64,000 nucleotides of DNA from the NCBI GenBank assembly GCA_934233745.1, contig CAKQGN010000001.1:258621-322620 (forward strand). The letters are read 5' to 3'. The position numbers and the translations under genes are program-made. This stretch comes from an uncultured Clostridia bacterium (GTDB lineage Bacteria; Bacillota; Clostridia; Christensenellales; CAG-917). The notes beneath the pieces were generated by a model. It had not been told where the DNA came from. It did not search any database and was given only the letters and a program-made list of their open reading frames with translations. Below are positions 19,487 through 29,466 of this stretch, one piece after another; the stretch's first letter is position 1, and every line of letters begins with the position of its first letter.

Positions 19487-21340
19487 ATGGCAGACGAAAA
19501 AAGTAAAGCTCCGAGGGCAAAGAGCGGACTCAAAAAAATGGCGAGTTGCGTGGGACAGTACAAAGCTCCCGCGATTTTCACATCGGTTTTGGTTGCGCTC
19601 GAAGTATTGTTTGAAATTTTGATTCCTCTCATCATGGCGCAGATCGTAAACGTCGGCATGGCGGAAAACGCCACGTCTTTTACGTTTACTTTGCAATTGG
19701 GAAGCAAAGGCTTTGAACTTTTTACGATGACAAACCGCATTTGGTTTATCGTAACATGCGGCGCAATGATGGTCGGCATGGCTCTCATATCGCTGTTTTT
19801 CGGCACGATGTCGGGCAGACTTGCCGCTTACGCGTCCACGGGATTTGCAAAGAATCTGCGTCAAAAGATGTTCTACAAGATTGAGAATTTCTCCTTTGCA
19901 AACCTCGACAGATTCAACACCGCAAGCCTTGTGACAAGACTTACGACGGACGTCACAAACATGCAGATGGCGTTTCAAATCATCACTCGTATGCTTGTGC
20001 GCTCGCCCATAATGCTTGTGCTTGCCATGCTTATGTCCATATCGATAAGCCCCGATTTGTCCACGATTTTTGCCGTTGCGATACCCGTTATCGTGATAGG
20101 GCTTGTCATCGGCGTAAAGATTATCTTCCCCAGATTCGAGAAGATGCTCAGAAAGTATGACGATATGAACGAGTCCACTCAGGAAAACCTCATCGGTATC
20201 CGCGCGGTCAAGGCGTTTGTGAGAGAGGATAACGAAATCGACAAATTCAAAAAAGTGAGTTCCACCGTTCAGAAACTGCAGTTTTCGGCGGAAAAAATCA
20301 TTGTTATCGCATTTCCGTTTATGCAAATCGTGGTTTACGCGTGTATGATTTGCGTTGCGTGGTTCGGCGGCAACGATATAATAGTCGGCAAAATGCAACT
20401 CGGCGATTTCACGGCGTTTTTGAGCTACATAATGCAAATTCTCATGTCGCTTATCATGGTTGCAATGGGCTTTATGAACATCGTTATGTCCCGTGCCTCG
20501 CTCGATCGTATCGTTGAAATTCTGGACGAAAAAATCGACATCGAGGACGCACCCGACGCACAGGATATATGCGTCAAGGACGGGAGTATCGATTTTGACA
20601 ACGTAGATTTTTCATATTCTAAATCTCACGACGTTCTCAATCTGGAAAATATCGATTTGCACATTAAAAGCGGTGAAACAATAGGCATCATAGGCGGAAC
20701 CGGCTCGGCAAAATCCACTCTTGTGCAACTTATTCCCAGACTTTACGACGTGCTTGACGGCGAAGTCAAGGTCGGTGGCATAAACGTCAAAGACTACAAA
20801 CTCGAAATGCTCAGAGATTCCGTCGCAATGGTGCTTCAAAAGAACGTACTTTTCAGCGGAACTATAAAACAAAATCTCATGTGGGGCAACAAAAACGCCA
20901 CCGATGAGGAAATCGAACATGCGGCAAAAGCGGCGCAAGCACATGATTTCATTATGTCTTTCCCAAACGGATACCAAACCGAACTCGGACAGGGCGGCGT
21001 AAACGTATCGGGCGGTCAGAAACAACGCCTTTGCATAGCGCGCGCATTGCTTAAAAAGCCCAAAATCATGATTATGGACGATTCGACGTCGGCAGTCGAC
21101 ACTGCAACCGACGCCGCAATCAGAGCGGGACTCAAAAAAGAGTTTGGCGACACAACCGTGCTTATAATTGCTCAACGTATAGCATCGGTCGAGGACGCCG
21201 ATAGAATAATTGTCATGAACGACGGAAAAATCGACGCCGTAGGCACGCATGAGGAGTTGCTTGCCACAAACGAGATTTATCGGGACGTGTATAATTCTCA
21301 AAAGAAAGGAAGCGACGAGGAGGTGAGCGTCAATGCGTAA
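19487..21340 (+). CDS. ABC exporter permease/ATPase, subunit with degenerate catalytic site
   Basis: Six-TM domain plus NBD. Walker A GGTGSAKST, signature VSGGQKQR. Walker B reads IMIMDDSTSAVD, with Asp replacing the catalytic Glu. Confidence 0.9.
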   Translation: MADEKSKAPRAKSGLKKMASCVGQYKAPAIFTSVLVALEVLFEILIPLIMAQIVNVGMAENATSFTFTLQLGSKGFELFTMTNRIWFIVTCGAMMVGMALISLFFGTMSGRLAAYASTGFAKNLRQKMFYKIENFSFANLDRFNTASLVTRLTTDVTNMQMAFQIITRMLVRSPIMLVLAMLMSISISPDLSTIFAVAIPVIVIGLVIGVKIIFPRFEKMLRKYDDMNESTQENLIGIRAVKAFVREDNEIDKFKKVSSTVQKLQFSAEKIIVIAFPFMQIVVYACMICVAWFGGNDIIVGKMQLGDFTAFLSYIMQILMSLIMVAMGFMNIVMSRASLDRIVEILDEKIDIEDAPDAQDICVKDGSIDFDNVDFSYSKSHDVLNLENIDLHIKSGETIGIIGGTGSAKSTLVQLIPRLYDVLDGEVKVGGINVKDYKLEMLRDSVAMVLQKNVLFSGTIKQNLMWGNKNATDEEIEHAAKAAQAHDFIMSFPNGYQTELGQGGVNVSGGQKQRLCIARALLKKPKIMIMDDSTSAVDTATDAAIRAGLKKEFGDTTVLIIAQRIASVEDADRIIVMNDGKIDAVGTHEELLATNEIYRDVYNSQKKGSDEEVSVNA

Positions 21341-23297
21341 AAATACGAAAACCGCACAAGGCAAAAATCCTCAACAAAACAAGTTCAGAGCCAAAAACCC
21401 GATGCAAACCTTAAAGCGTATTCTCGGCTATTGGAAGCCGTTCAAATGTCAGCTTATCGGCGCGCTTTTTTGCATGATTGCAAACGTGCTTTGCAATATA
21501 GCGGGTACGTTCATGCTCGGTTCCGTTGTCGTAAACAACTATATTCTTCCGCTTGCGTACCAGCATGGCGTTTATGTTACGTCAAATGCCGACATAATCG
21601 CAAGGGCGGCGGAGGTTACAATCCAAAGTTTCGGCGGAATTATAGGCGTTATGGCAGCGATGTATGTCGTCGGCGCAGGTCTTCATTATCTTTACAACTA
21701 TATTCTCGTCAGAGTTACGACAAAAACTCTTCAAAACGTTCGTGACGAGATGTTTGAAAAGATGGAAAAACTGCCCATCAGATATTTCGATACTCATACG
21801 CACGGCGATATCATGAGCCTGTACACAAACGACACCGACACGCTGCGCGAATTGCTCTCAAACGGCATTCCCAACCTCATATCGAACTCGCTCACCGTTG
21901 TCGGTATGTTTGTTGCAATGATGCTGGTGTCACCGCTTTTGACGCTTTGTTCTGTCGTGATGCTTGTTATCATGCTCTTTATAATGAAGTTTATCGCAGG
22001 CAAGAGCGGAAAACATTTTGTCGGTCAACAACGCCAGACGGGCGCAATCAACGGCTTTATCGAAGAGCATATAGACGGTCTGAAAGTCGTCAAAGTGTTC
22101 TGTCATGAAGACGAAGAGAAAATCGACTTTGACAAATTCAACGAAGATTTGTTCCATCATTCCGACAAGGCGCACACTTACGCAAACGTCTTGTTCCCGA
22201 TAATGGGCAATCTGTCCTATGTGTCATACGCCGCAACGGCAATTGTGGGTACAATCATGGCAATCGGCGGATTCGGAGGAATGACTTGGGGCGGACTTGT
22301 ATCCTTCATGCAATTCTCACGTCAATTCAGCAATCCGCTCTCGCAAATCGCTCAACAAATGAACGGCGTTCTTATGGCACTTGCAGGCGCGGAGCGTATC
22401 TTTGAATTGATTGACCAACAACCCGAGCAGGACGAAGGCTATGTAACTCTTGTAAACGCAAAAGAGGACGAAGACGGCAACATCGTCGAAACCGATGAAT
22501 ACACCGGCGAGTGGGCGTGGAAGCATTTTCACAAAGCCGACGGCACGACAACGTACGTCAAGTGGAGAGGAGAGGTCGAATTCGAGGATGTATCTTTTGG
22601 GTACGTTCCCGAAAAAACCGTTCTCAAACACGTCACTATGGAAGCGTTGCCGGGACAAAAAATCGCTCTTGTCGGTTCGACGGGTGCGGGCAAAACGACT
22701 ATCACAAATCTTATCAACCGATTCTATGACATCAACGAGGGCAAGATAAGATACGACAACATCAATATAACAAAAATCAAAAAAGACGATTTGCGTCACT
22801 CTATGGCAATGGTTCTTCAAGATACGCACCTCTTCACGGGGACGGTCGCCGACAATATCCGTTTCGGAAAACTGGACGCCACCGACGAGGAAGTCAAAGC
22901 CGCGGCAAAACTCGCAAATGCGGATTACTTTATCCGCCACTTGCCGGAAGGGTATGACACCATGCTTACAGGCGACGGCGAAAACCTTTCGCAAGGTCAA
23001 CGTCAGCTTCTTGCAATCGCTCGCGCCGCAGTCGCAAATCCGCCCGTTCTCATTCTGGACGAAGCGACAAGTTCAATCGACACCCGCACAGAAAAACTTA
23101 TCGAGCAGGGAATGGACAAACTTATGCAAGGTCGCACCGTTTTTGTCATCGCGCACAGACTCTCCACCGTACGCAACTCCGACATGATTTGCGTTCTCGA
23201 ACATGGCGAGATTATCGAGCGCGGCAATCACGAGCAGTTGATTGCGCAGAGGGGGAGGTATTATCAGCTTTACACCGGCGCTTTCGAATTGGAATAA
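21333..23297 (+). CDS. ABC exporter permease/ATPase, subunit with canonical catalytic site
   Basis: Walker A GSTGAGKTT, Walker B LILDEATSSID (catalytic Glu present), non-canonical signature LSQGQRQ. Overlaps the upstream gene by 8 nt. Confidence 0.9.
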   Translation: MRKNTKTAQGKNPQQNKFRAKNPMQTLKRILGYWKPFKCQLIGALFCMIANVLCNIAGTFMLGSVVVNNYILPLAYQHGVYVTSNADIIARAAEVTIQSFGGIIGVMAAMYVVGAGLHYLYNYILVRVTTKTLQNVRDEMFEKMEKLPIRYFDTHTHGDIMSLYTNDTDTLRELLSNGIPNLISNSLTVVGMFVAMMLVSPLLTLCSVVMLVIMLFIMKFIAGKSGKHFVGQQRQTGAINGFIEEHIDGLKVVKVFCHEDEEKIDFDKFNEDLFHHSDKAHTYANVLFPIMGNLSYVSYAATAIVGTIMAIGGFGGMTWGGLVSFMQFSRQFSNPLSQIAQQMNGVLMALAGAERIFELIDQQPEQDEGYVTLVNAKEDEDGNIVETDEYTGEWAWKHFHKADGTTTYVKWRGEVEFEDVSFGYVPEKTVLKHVTMEALPGQKIALVGSTGAGKTTITNLINRFYDINEGKIRYDNINITKIKKDDLRHSMAMVLQDTHLFTGTVADNIRFGKLDATDEEVKAAAKLANADYFIRHLPEGYDTMLTGDGENLSQGQRQLLAIARAAVANPPVLILDEATSSIDTRTEKLIEQGMDKLMQGRTVFVIAHRLSTVRNSDMICVLEHGEIIERGNHEQLIAQRGRYYQLYTGAFELE

Positions 23298-23417
23298 ACG
23301 CACTATTGAGCGAATAACTGCGTCAACACCCTTTTGTTCACCCGTCACGTACACATCAGTACGTTAGGCGGGTTCGCAAAGGGGTGTTTCCTTGTTCTTC
23401 ATCTCAATAGCTCGTTT
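23296..23417 (+). repeat. structured stop-codon-proximal element, copy A
   Basis: Nested helices: AAACGCACTATTGAG/CTCAATAGCTCGTTT, AACACCCTTTTG/CAAAGGGGTGTT, ACCCG/CGGGT, ACGTAC/GTACGT. Starts inside the TAA of the ABC gene. Homologous to 29961-30086. Confidence 0.7.
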
Positions 23418-23698
23418 ATTTATAGTTAAAAAAGGGGCAAGTCCTTGTTTCTCATCTGTTTGCTTTCTGTTATTCCAACTCGAAAGTACGAGTAGCAAGG
23501 GTGTTTCCTTGTTCTTCATCTCAATATTACGTTTATTTACAGTTAAAAGAGGAACAAGCCCTTGTTTCTCATCTGTTTGCTTTTTGTTATTCCAACTCGA
23601 AAGTACGAGTAACAGGGGTGTTTCCTTGTTCTTCATCTCAATAGCGCGTTTATTTATAGTTAAAAGAGGAGCAAGCCCTTGTTTCTCATCTGTTTGCT
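23381..23698 (+). repeat. 117-bp tandem repeat, about 2.7 copies
   Basis: The marker TGTTTCC recurs at 23385, 23502 and 23619 (exact 117-nt period). Units are near-identical, and each contains a diverged half-repeat (GGGGTGTTTCCTTGTTCTTCATCT vs GGGGCAAGTCCTTGTTTCTCATCT). Confidence 0.9.
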
Positions 23699-23703
23699 AA
23701 AAG

Positions 23704-23734
23704 AAAAAATCCGACGCCGAAACGTCGGATTTTT
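23704..23734. terminator. bidirectional intrinsic terminator
   Basis: A-run, ATCCGACG/CGTCGGAT stem, T-run. Confidence 0.8.
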
Positions 23735-23761
23735 GGTGTATTTTTTGTTGTTTTCGATGAT

Positions 23762-24640
23762 TTAATCGATTGATTCGGTATCTTCGGCGATTTGTTCCGC
23801 TTCCTTTTCCGCCTCTTCAAGAGATTGTTCTTCATTCGCGTCATGCGCATCCGATTGCTCGATTTCGCCTGCGGAGTTTTCGTCGAGTTCGACATCCGAA
23901 CTTGCGATTTGTTCGAGATGCTCTTGCTCCTCTTTGAGTTTCGCTTTTTTCTTTTCGCGAACGACTTGAAGAATTGCAAATACTGCGCAAATCGCAATGC
24001 CCACAAACAAATATGCCGAGCCGACGAGCTTTGGCGACGCAAATCCCAAAATAAGCGAGAAGGCGACAATGATGGCAAGCGGGAATACGGCGAGCTTGAT
24101 GTTTTTGACGACGTATTTTCCGCCGAGCGAACCGAATAGCGCATACACGACGCAGGTGAACGCAGGCGTAATCCACGGAGTGTTTTTGATTGCCGTTTCA
24201 ACGTTGCTGACCGCAAGGATAAGCACAAACACCGCGATGATAACCGTTGTCACCAGAGTGCTAGTCGCAACCGAGAGGGTGGACACCACTTCGTTTTCTT
24301 CCGTGCCGAGTTTCGTGCCGCAAATCTCTTGCGCTTTGACGACGCAGGGGATTTTGAGGTTTGAAAGGTTGCCTGTGATAAAGGCAAGGTACGCACTGTT
24401 GATGCCCAGCATCGGGGAATAGATAATGGGTTCGAAAACTCCCGATAAGAAGTTGATAAGGAAGGGGACGATAACCGCAATCGTTCCCATAACGCTCATG
24501 TCGGGTTTGACATCGAAATACAGACATATCGTGGTCGGAACGGCGAAGAAAATCAACATCGCCAAAGCCATCCAAATTTTTCCGATAATGTGTGATTTGA
24601 GGTTGTAATCCATTGTGACTTTTACTTTTTCTTTTGCCAT
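23762..24640 (-). CDS. integral membrane protein of unknown function with acidic C-terminal tail
   Basis: AGGAGG RBS; about 7 predicted TM helices; a 60-aa Glu/Asp-rich tail; 12-nt gap to the upstream membrane-protein gene. Confidence 0.7.
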   Translation of the reverse strand: MAKEKVKVTMDYNLKSHIIGKIWMALAMLIFFAVPTTICLYFDVKPDMSVMGTIAVIVPFLINFLSGVFEPIIYSPMLGINSAYLAFITGNLSNLKIPCVVKAQEICGTKLGTEENEVVSTLSVATSTLVTTVIIAVFVLILAVSNVETAIKNTPWITPAFTCVVYALFGSLGGKYVVKNIKLAVFPLAIIVAFSLILGFASPKLVGSAYLFVGIAICAVFAILQVVREKKKAKLKEEQEHLEQIASSDVELDENSAGEIEQSDAHDANEEQSLEEAEKEAEQIAEDTESID

Positions 24641-24652
24641 AATCTAACCTCC

Positions 24653-25516
24653 TTACAGTATCATTGCAAAGGCGTTTCTTGCAGCCTCTGCGGCTTGTTC
24701 CGCTGCCGCCGACGAACTAGGCGAGAGTGCCCAACCGTATTTGTTTGCGCAGTAGCTTATCACGCCGACCACAAACATTGCTATGAGCATGGACACGGGC
24801 GTTGAGAAGCTGTCAAGCCATTTCCAGTTTGCTTTGTTTATAAGCACGTCGCACACGTACATGCAACCCATTGCGACAAGTACGGCGATGAAGTTGTAAT
24901 ATCCGTCAACAAACGCAACGTTGTGAGCAATCGTTTCGATGCTCATTGCGAGATAGCCTATAACCATGCCGATGAAGGACACTTGAAAAACGAGATCGCC
25001 TATATTGACGCCGCCTTTCTTTGCGCCGCCCGTTGTCTTTGCCATAAGTTTGCCGATTTTGGGCTGATATAAACGGTAGAAGAAAAGCACTTCGACGCCG
25101 CCCGAGCAGATTGCAATCGTCATAATCATAGCCATAGTGGCAAATTCCGTTGCCGCGTCAGGGGTAATACCTTTTTCCGCAAATCCAAAACCGACAGCGG
25201 TAGCCATTTGCGTTTCGTATTGAAGAGAACCTACGACGGACAGTCTGATTGCAGGGAACGCAACGCCCAAAGTCCCTACGAGCGTGACAACACCGAGTGC
25301 GATTCCAAGCCCGGGGAGTATGGAAAAGGTTGCGGAAGTCGTGATGACTTTTTTGATTTTCGAGGATTCGATGCCCAATTGCTTTGCGTGTTTGATTGCG
25401 GTAAGCATGTAGTACAGCGACAATGATATGACAAATGCAAGCACAATACCGTATAGCACATAAATAATTGGATGGCGCAAAGAAAACTCTTTTGACCAAG
25501 CCGCTGATAAAAGCAT
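24653..25516 (-). CDS. integral membrane protein of unknown function (probable partner of 23762-24640)
   Basis: ATG at 25516, 7 nt after AAGGAG; multi-TM; no motif I recognise. Confidence 0.7.
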   Translation of the reverse strand: MLLSAAWSKEFSLRHPIIYVLYGIVLAFVISLSLYYMLTAIKHAKQLGIESSKIKKVITTSATFSILPGLGIALGVVTLVGTLGVAFPAIRLSVVGSLQYETQMATAVGFGFAEKGITPDAATEFATMAMIMTIAICSGGVEVLFFYRLYQPKIGKLMAKTTGGAKKGGVNIGDLVFQVSFIGMVIGYLAMSIETIAHNVAFVDGYYNFIAVLVAMGCMYVCDVLINKANWKWLDSFSTPVSMLIAMFVVGVISYCANKYGWALSPSSSAAAEQAAEAARNAFAMIL

Positions 25517-25802
25517 AAGCAAACTCCTTTTAATGTTATTTTAATATTAGAAACAGTATAAACCACATAATCGCATTGCGCAATATTTTTTTTTGTTGCG
25601 CTGTCCATTTTCTCTTGCAACTGTTTTCGAATGGTGGTAAAATCAAATCAACATCTATGGAAGTAGTAGAAATTGCGCGTTAAGTGCCGTGCGAACGTGG
25701 GGTGTCGGCGGACGAAGAGCTTTGCTCGCGGTGCAATATTCACTCCGGACTTCACATATTACCGAAAGGTTTTTTTGCGAGTGCTTCCAAAGGAGGTGCT
25801 TT

Positions 25803-27125
25803 TTGTTTTATCAAGAGGCAATCGACTACATCAAAAACATCGAAAGGTCGGGATCGGATTACGGCATAGAGCGCATGCGCGAGCTTCTCGACCTTCTCGG
25901 CGCGCCCGACAGACATCTGAAATTCGTGCATATCGCAGGCACAAACGGCAAAGGCTCGGTCAGCGCATATCTCACGTCAATTCTCAAAGAGGCGGGCTAC
26001 AAGGTGGGGACATACAATTCGCCCTCGGTATTCTGCTACAACGAAAGATGGCTCATAAACGGACAACAGCTTTCGGACGACGACGTGGCAAAGTATCTTA
26101 CGGTCGTGAAGGAATGTATACAAAGCGAGCAAATCTTGCGACAAGCCTTCGATATAGGCGAGTTCAAGCCCACTGCATTCGAGCAAGAAACCGCCGTCGC
26201 CATGCTTGCTTTTTTCGACAAGGAATGCGACATATGCGTGCTTGAAACGGGACTCGGAGGAAGGTGGGACGCCACCAACGCCATTGACGACAAGGTGCTT
26301 TCAATCGTCACTCCCATAGGTCTTGACCATTGCGCTTTGCTCGGAAATACGCTCGGAGAAATCGCAAGCGAAAAGGCGGCGATAATAAAAGACGAAGTCG
26401 TCACTTGCAATCAGCCCCCCGAAGTTATGGAGCAACTAAGACGCCCCTTTTCGATTAAAGACGGCAAAAAAGAGTACCGCAAAGCAAACGTCGTTGTTTG
26501 CAAAGAACCGAAGTTTTTGAGAGGCAATCTAGACGGACAAGTCTTTTCCTACGACGGAAAGGAATATGAAATTTCCATGCTCGGCAAGCATCAACTTGTC
26601 AATGCGTCCATTGCGATTTGCGCTGTCGGGGAACTGAGAAAAAAGCACTTCTCAATAGACGACAACGCACTTGAAAAAGGGCTTAAAAACACGGTATGGA
26701 AAGCAAGGTTACAAGTCGTAAAAAACGCAAAAGAGGAGTTTAATATCACGATTCCGCAAGATAAAGTGCTTGTTTTTGACGGTTCGCACAATCCGCAAGG
26801 AGCAATGACTCTTGCAAACGCAATCAAAGAACTGTTTGAAAACAAACGCATACACCTTGTGCTGGGAATACTCAAAGATAAGGACGTACAAGGCATTTGC
26901 GACACGCTCGTGCCTCTTGCAAGCAAGGTCACCTGCATTACGCCGCCATCGCCAAGAGCCATGAAAAAAGAGGAGTTGCAAAAAATAGTCGCACCGCTTT
27001 GCCGTGGAGATTGCGATACCGACGACAGTATCAAAGACGCCGTGCAATCATCTCTTTTGGGAGATTGCGACGCAACAATACTTTGCGGCTCGCTTACCTT
27101 GTTTGCGGGCTTGAAAAACAACTGA
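25803..27125 (+). CDS. folC: bifunctional folylpolyglutamate synthase / dihydrofolate synthase
   Basis: P-loop HIAGTNGKGS and the Mur-ligase-family layout. TTG start at 25803, 6 nt after AGGAGG; no in-frame ATG nearby. Confidence 0.9.
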   Translation: MFYQEAIDYIKNIERSGSDYGIERMRELLDLLGAPDRHLKFVHIAGTNGKGSVSAYLTSILKEAGYKVGTYNSPSVFCYNERWLINGQQLSDDDVAKYLTVVKECIQSEQILRQAFDIGEFKPTAFEQETAVAMLAFFDKECDICVLETGLGGRWDATNAIDDKVLSIVTPIGLDHCALLGNTLGEIASEKAAIIKDEVVTCNQPPEVMEQLRRPFSIKDGKKEYRKANVVVCKEPKFLRGNLDGQVFSYDGKEYEISMLGKHQLVNASIAICAVGELRKKHFSIDDNALEKGLKNTVWKARLQVVKNAKEEFNITIPQDKVLVFDGSHNPQGAMTLANAIKELFENKRIHLVLGILKDKDVQGICDTLVPLASKVTCITPPSPRAMKKEELQKIVAPLCRGDCDTDDSIKDAVQSSLLGDCDATILCGSLTLFAGLKNN

Positions 27126-27134
27126 TATACAATT

Positions 27135-27695
27135 ATGAAAAACAATACAATCGACAAAGAAACAATCAAAAAAGCAGTCAACGACATCCTTGTTGCCATC
27201 GGCGAAGACCCGAATAGAGAAGGGCTTGTGCAAACCCCCGATAGAGTTGCGCGCATGTTCGAGGAATTGACGCAAGGCTATTTTGACGACGCAAAAGTGC
27301 ATCTTTCAAAGGTTTTTGCAGAGAGCGGAAGCGAAGTAGTCATCGAAAAAGACATAGAGTTTTCTTCAACGTGCGAGCATCATCTTATGCCGTTTTTCGG
27401 CAAGGTTCACATCGCATACGTTCCCGACGGAAAGGTTGTAGGGCTGTCGAAACTCGCAAGAGTCGTTGACGTTTATGCAAAACGTTTGCAACTTCAAGAA
27501 AGACTCAATTCGCAAATAGCTGATGCGATTTTTGAAGAGTTGGCTCCCAAAGGCGTAATTGTGGCAATAGAAGCGCACCATACGTGTATGAGCGCAAGAG
27601 GCGTCAAGAAAATCGGCGCAAAGACAGTCACGTTTGCCAAAAGGGGGGATGTCGACGAGCGTATCGAAAGATTGATTTTGGAGGGGCTGATATGA
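27135..27695 (+). CDS. folE: GTP cyclohydrolase I
   Basis: [18 protein letters not shown] and GLSKLARVV motifs. Confidence 0.95.
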   Translation: MKNNTIDKETIKKAVNDILVAIGEDPNREGLVQTPDRVARMFEELTQGYFDDAKVHLSKVFAESGSEVVIEKDIEFSSTCEHHLMPFFGKVHIAYVPDGKVVGLSKLARVVDVYAKRLQLQERLNSQIADAIFEELAPKGVIVAIEAHHTCMSARGVKKIGAKTVTFAKRGDVDERIERLILEGLI

Positions 27696-28489
27696 GAAAA
27701 GAACGGAAATACGATTTCCGTGTCGGAGACAAGATTTTCCATTCGGGAACGCACATTATGGCAATCCTCAATGTCACTCCCGACAGCTTTTATGCAGGGA
27801 GTCGTCATGCGCACGATGCGGTCGAAACGGCAAAAAAGTTCTTGGAGCAGGGTGCCGAAATTATCGATATCGGAGGACAGTCCACGCGTCCCGGCGCACA
27901 AAGCGTAAGCGCGCTTGAAGAAATGTCGAGGGTTCTGCCTGCCGTGGAAAGTATAAAAAAAGCGTTTCCCGACGCGCTCGTGAGCGTAGATACGTTCTAT
28001 CCCGATGTGGCTCAGGCTGCAATCGATCTCGGTGCGGATATGATAAACGACGTGAGCTGCCTTGCCGACAAGAATCTTGCAAAAGTAGTCGCTCAAAACG
28101 ATGTCGCGATTTGCGTAATGCACGACAGACGCAAGTCAGGGATACCCGACTTGTTTTTCGACAAGGAAACGGGACTTATGAGGGCGGTGGATACGCTTCT
28201 TTCATCGGGACTTGACAAAAACAGAATACTGCTTGACGGTGGAATCGGTTTCAACAAATCCAACGACGAGGATTGGCAACTTCTCAACGATTACGACAAA
28301 CTTTTGGATATGTTTGAAGAGTATCCGTTTTTGCTGGGCACGTCAAGAAAGTCTATGTTCGGCGGCACTCCCGAAACGCGGCTTTCCGCCACGCTCGACT
28401 CGACGATGCTTGCCGTAAAGCAAGGCGTTTTGTTTGTAAGAGTCCATGACGTCAAAGAAAATCGAGCCGTGATAAACCTTGCAAAATAA
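27692..28489 (+). CDS. folP: dihydropteroate synthase
   Basis: [27 protein letters not shown] and GIGFNKS motifs. ATGA overlap with the folE stop. Confidence 0.9.
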   Translation: MRKERKYDFRVGDKIFHSGTHIMAILNVTPDSFYAGSRHAHDAVETAKKFLEQGAEIIDIGGQSTRPGAQSVSALEEMSRVLPAVESIKKAFPDALVSVDTFYPDVAQAAIDLGADMINDVSCLADKNLAKVVAQNDVAICVMHDRRKSGIPDLFFDKETGLMRAVDTLLSSGLDKNRILLDGGIGFNKSNDEDWQLLNDYDKLLDMFEEYPFLLGTSRKSMFGGTPETRLSATLDSTMLAVKQGVLFVRVHDVKENRAVINLAK

Positions 28490-28525
28490 CAACCTAAAAT
28501 ATAAAAAATCAAACCCGAATTGCAT

Positions 28526-29344
28526 ATGAACAAGATTATTCTAAAAGACTTTGAAGTAAAAGCATGCCACGGATGCAATCCCGAAGAAAAAACAAATCCG
28601 CAACGGTTTTTGTTTACGGCGGAAATTTTTTATGATTTTTCGCAAGCGGCAAAAAACGACGATTTGACAAAAACCATCAGTTATAGTGACGTAAAAAAGA
28701 CTTTAAGGTCGTTTTGTGAAAACAATTGTTTCAATTTGATTGAAACGCTTGCGACAAGGGCGGCGGAGGTATTGCTAAAAAAATACCCCGCAAAAAAAGT
28801 CGTTGTGCAAGTGAAAAAGCCGGATGCTCCCATGAGCGGTGTTTTTGATTATGTCGCTGTCGTAGCGGAAAAAGAGTGGCATGAGGTTTATCTTGCGCTC
28901 GGTTCAAATATGGGAGACAAAAACGCATATCTCGATTTTGCAATCGCAAGACTGAAAGAGGATGACAATATAAAAGACGTCAAAGAAAGTTTGCGCTATG
29001 CGACCGCTCCTTACGGAGGCGTTGCAACGGGCGAGTTTGTCAACAGCGCGGTGAAACTATCAACTCTTTATTCTCCCGAAGAATTGCTTGTTGCCGTATC
29101 GAAAATCGAAAAAGACGGTGAGCGCGTGCGCAATGAAAGATGGGGAAACAGAACGCTGGATATTGATATAGTGTTTTATGACGATTGCGTGATTTCCTCA
29201 AACGATTTGTGCGTGCCTCACATCGATATGCAAAATCGCGCTTTCGTGTTGGAACCTCTTTGCGAACTTAGTCCCAACAAGCTGCATCCTATATTAAAAA
29301 AGCGCGTCTGTGAATTGAAATCAAACCTTGACAATCGCCGATAG
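28526..29344 (+). CDS. folK: fused dihydroneopterin aldolase / 6-hydroxymethylpterin pyrophosphokinase
   Basis: N-terminal FolB-like half. The C-terminal half has HPPK motifs (LALGSNMGD, RWGNRTLDIDIV, LCVPHIDMQNRAFVLEPL). Confidence 0.85.
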   Translation: MNKIILKDFEVKACHGCNPEEKTNPQRFLFTAEIFYDFSQAAKNDDLTKTISYSDVKKTLRSFCENNCFNLIETLATRAAEVLLKKYPAKKVVVQVKKPDAPMSGVFDYVAVVAEKEWHEVYLALGSNMGDKNAYLDFAIARLKEDDNIKDVKESLRYATAPYGGVATGEFVNSAVKLSTLYSPEELLVAVSKIEKDGERVRNERWGNRTLDIDIVFYDDCVISSNDLCVPHIDMQNRAFVLEPLCELSPNKLHPILKKRVCELKSNLDNRR

Positions 29345-29466
29345 CTCGAAAAACGGCGTGTTTCATATTATTTTGCGTTGAGAAATTAAATCTTGCAAGT
29401 GTGCATATTGTATGATAAAATACATGCAACAAACAATTTGCGTATTTTTGCAAACAAGGAGGAAAT

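Noticed and set aside
19364-20437. 357-aa minus-strand ORF antisense to the first ABC exporter gene.
   Set aside because: It overlaps a well-supported ABC gene, has a His/Arg/Lys-rich non-protein-like composition, and starts inside the AT-rich promoter region.
23381-23698. Possible CRISPR array (also considered for the GTGATAT arrays at 30652-30726 and 38135-38225).
   Set aside because: The 117-bp units are repeated in their entirety, with no unique spacers. The GTGATAT repeats are only 7 nt with palindromic 15-18-nt spacers. No cas genes occur in the window.
23364-23700. Repeat-encoded ORFs on both strands of the 117-bp tandem array (90 aa minus, 102 aa plus).
   Set aside because: They stay open only because the unit length is a multiple of three. 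There is no SD before any ATG, and both strands are equally open. I treat the array as non-coding unless proteomics says otherwise.
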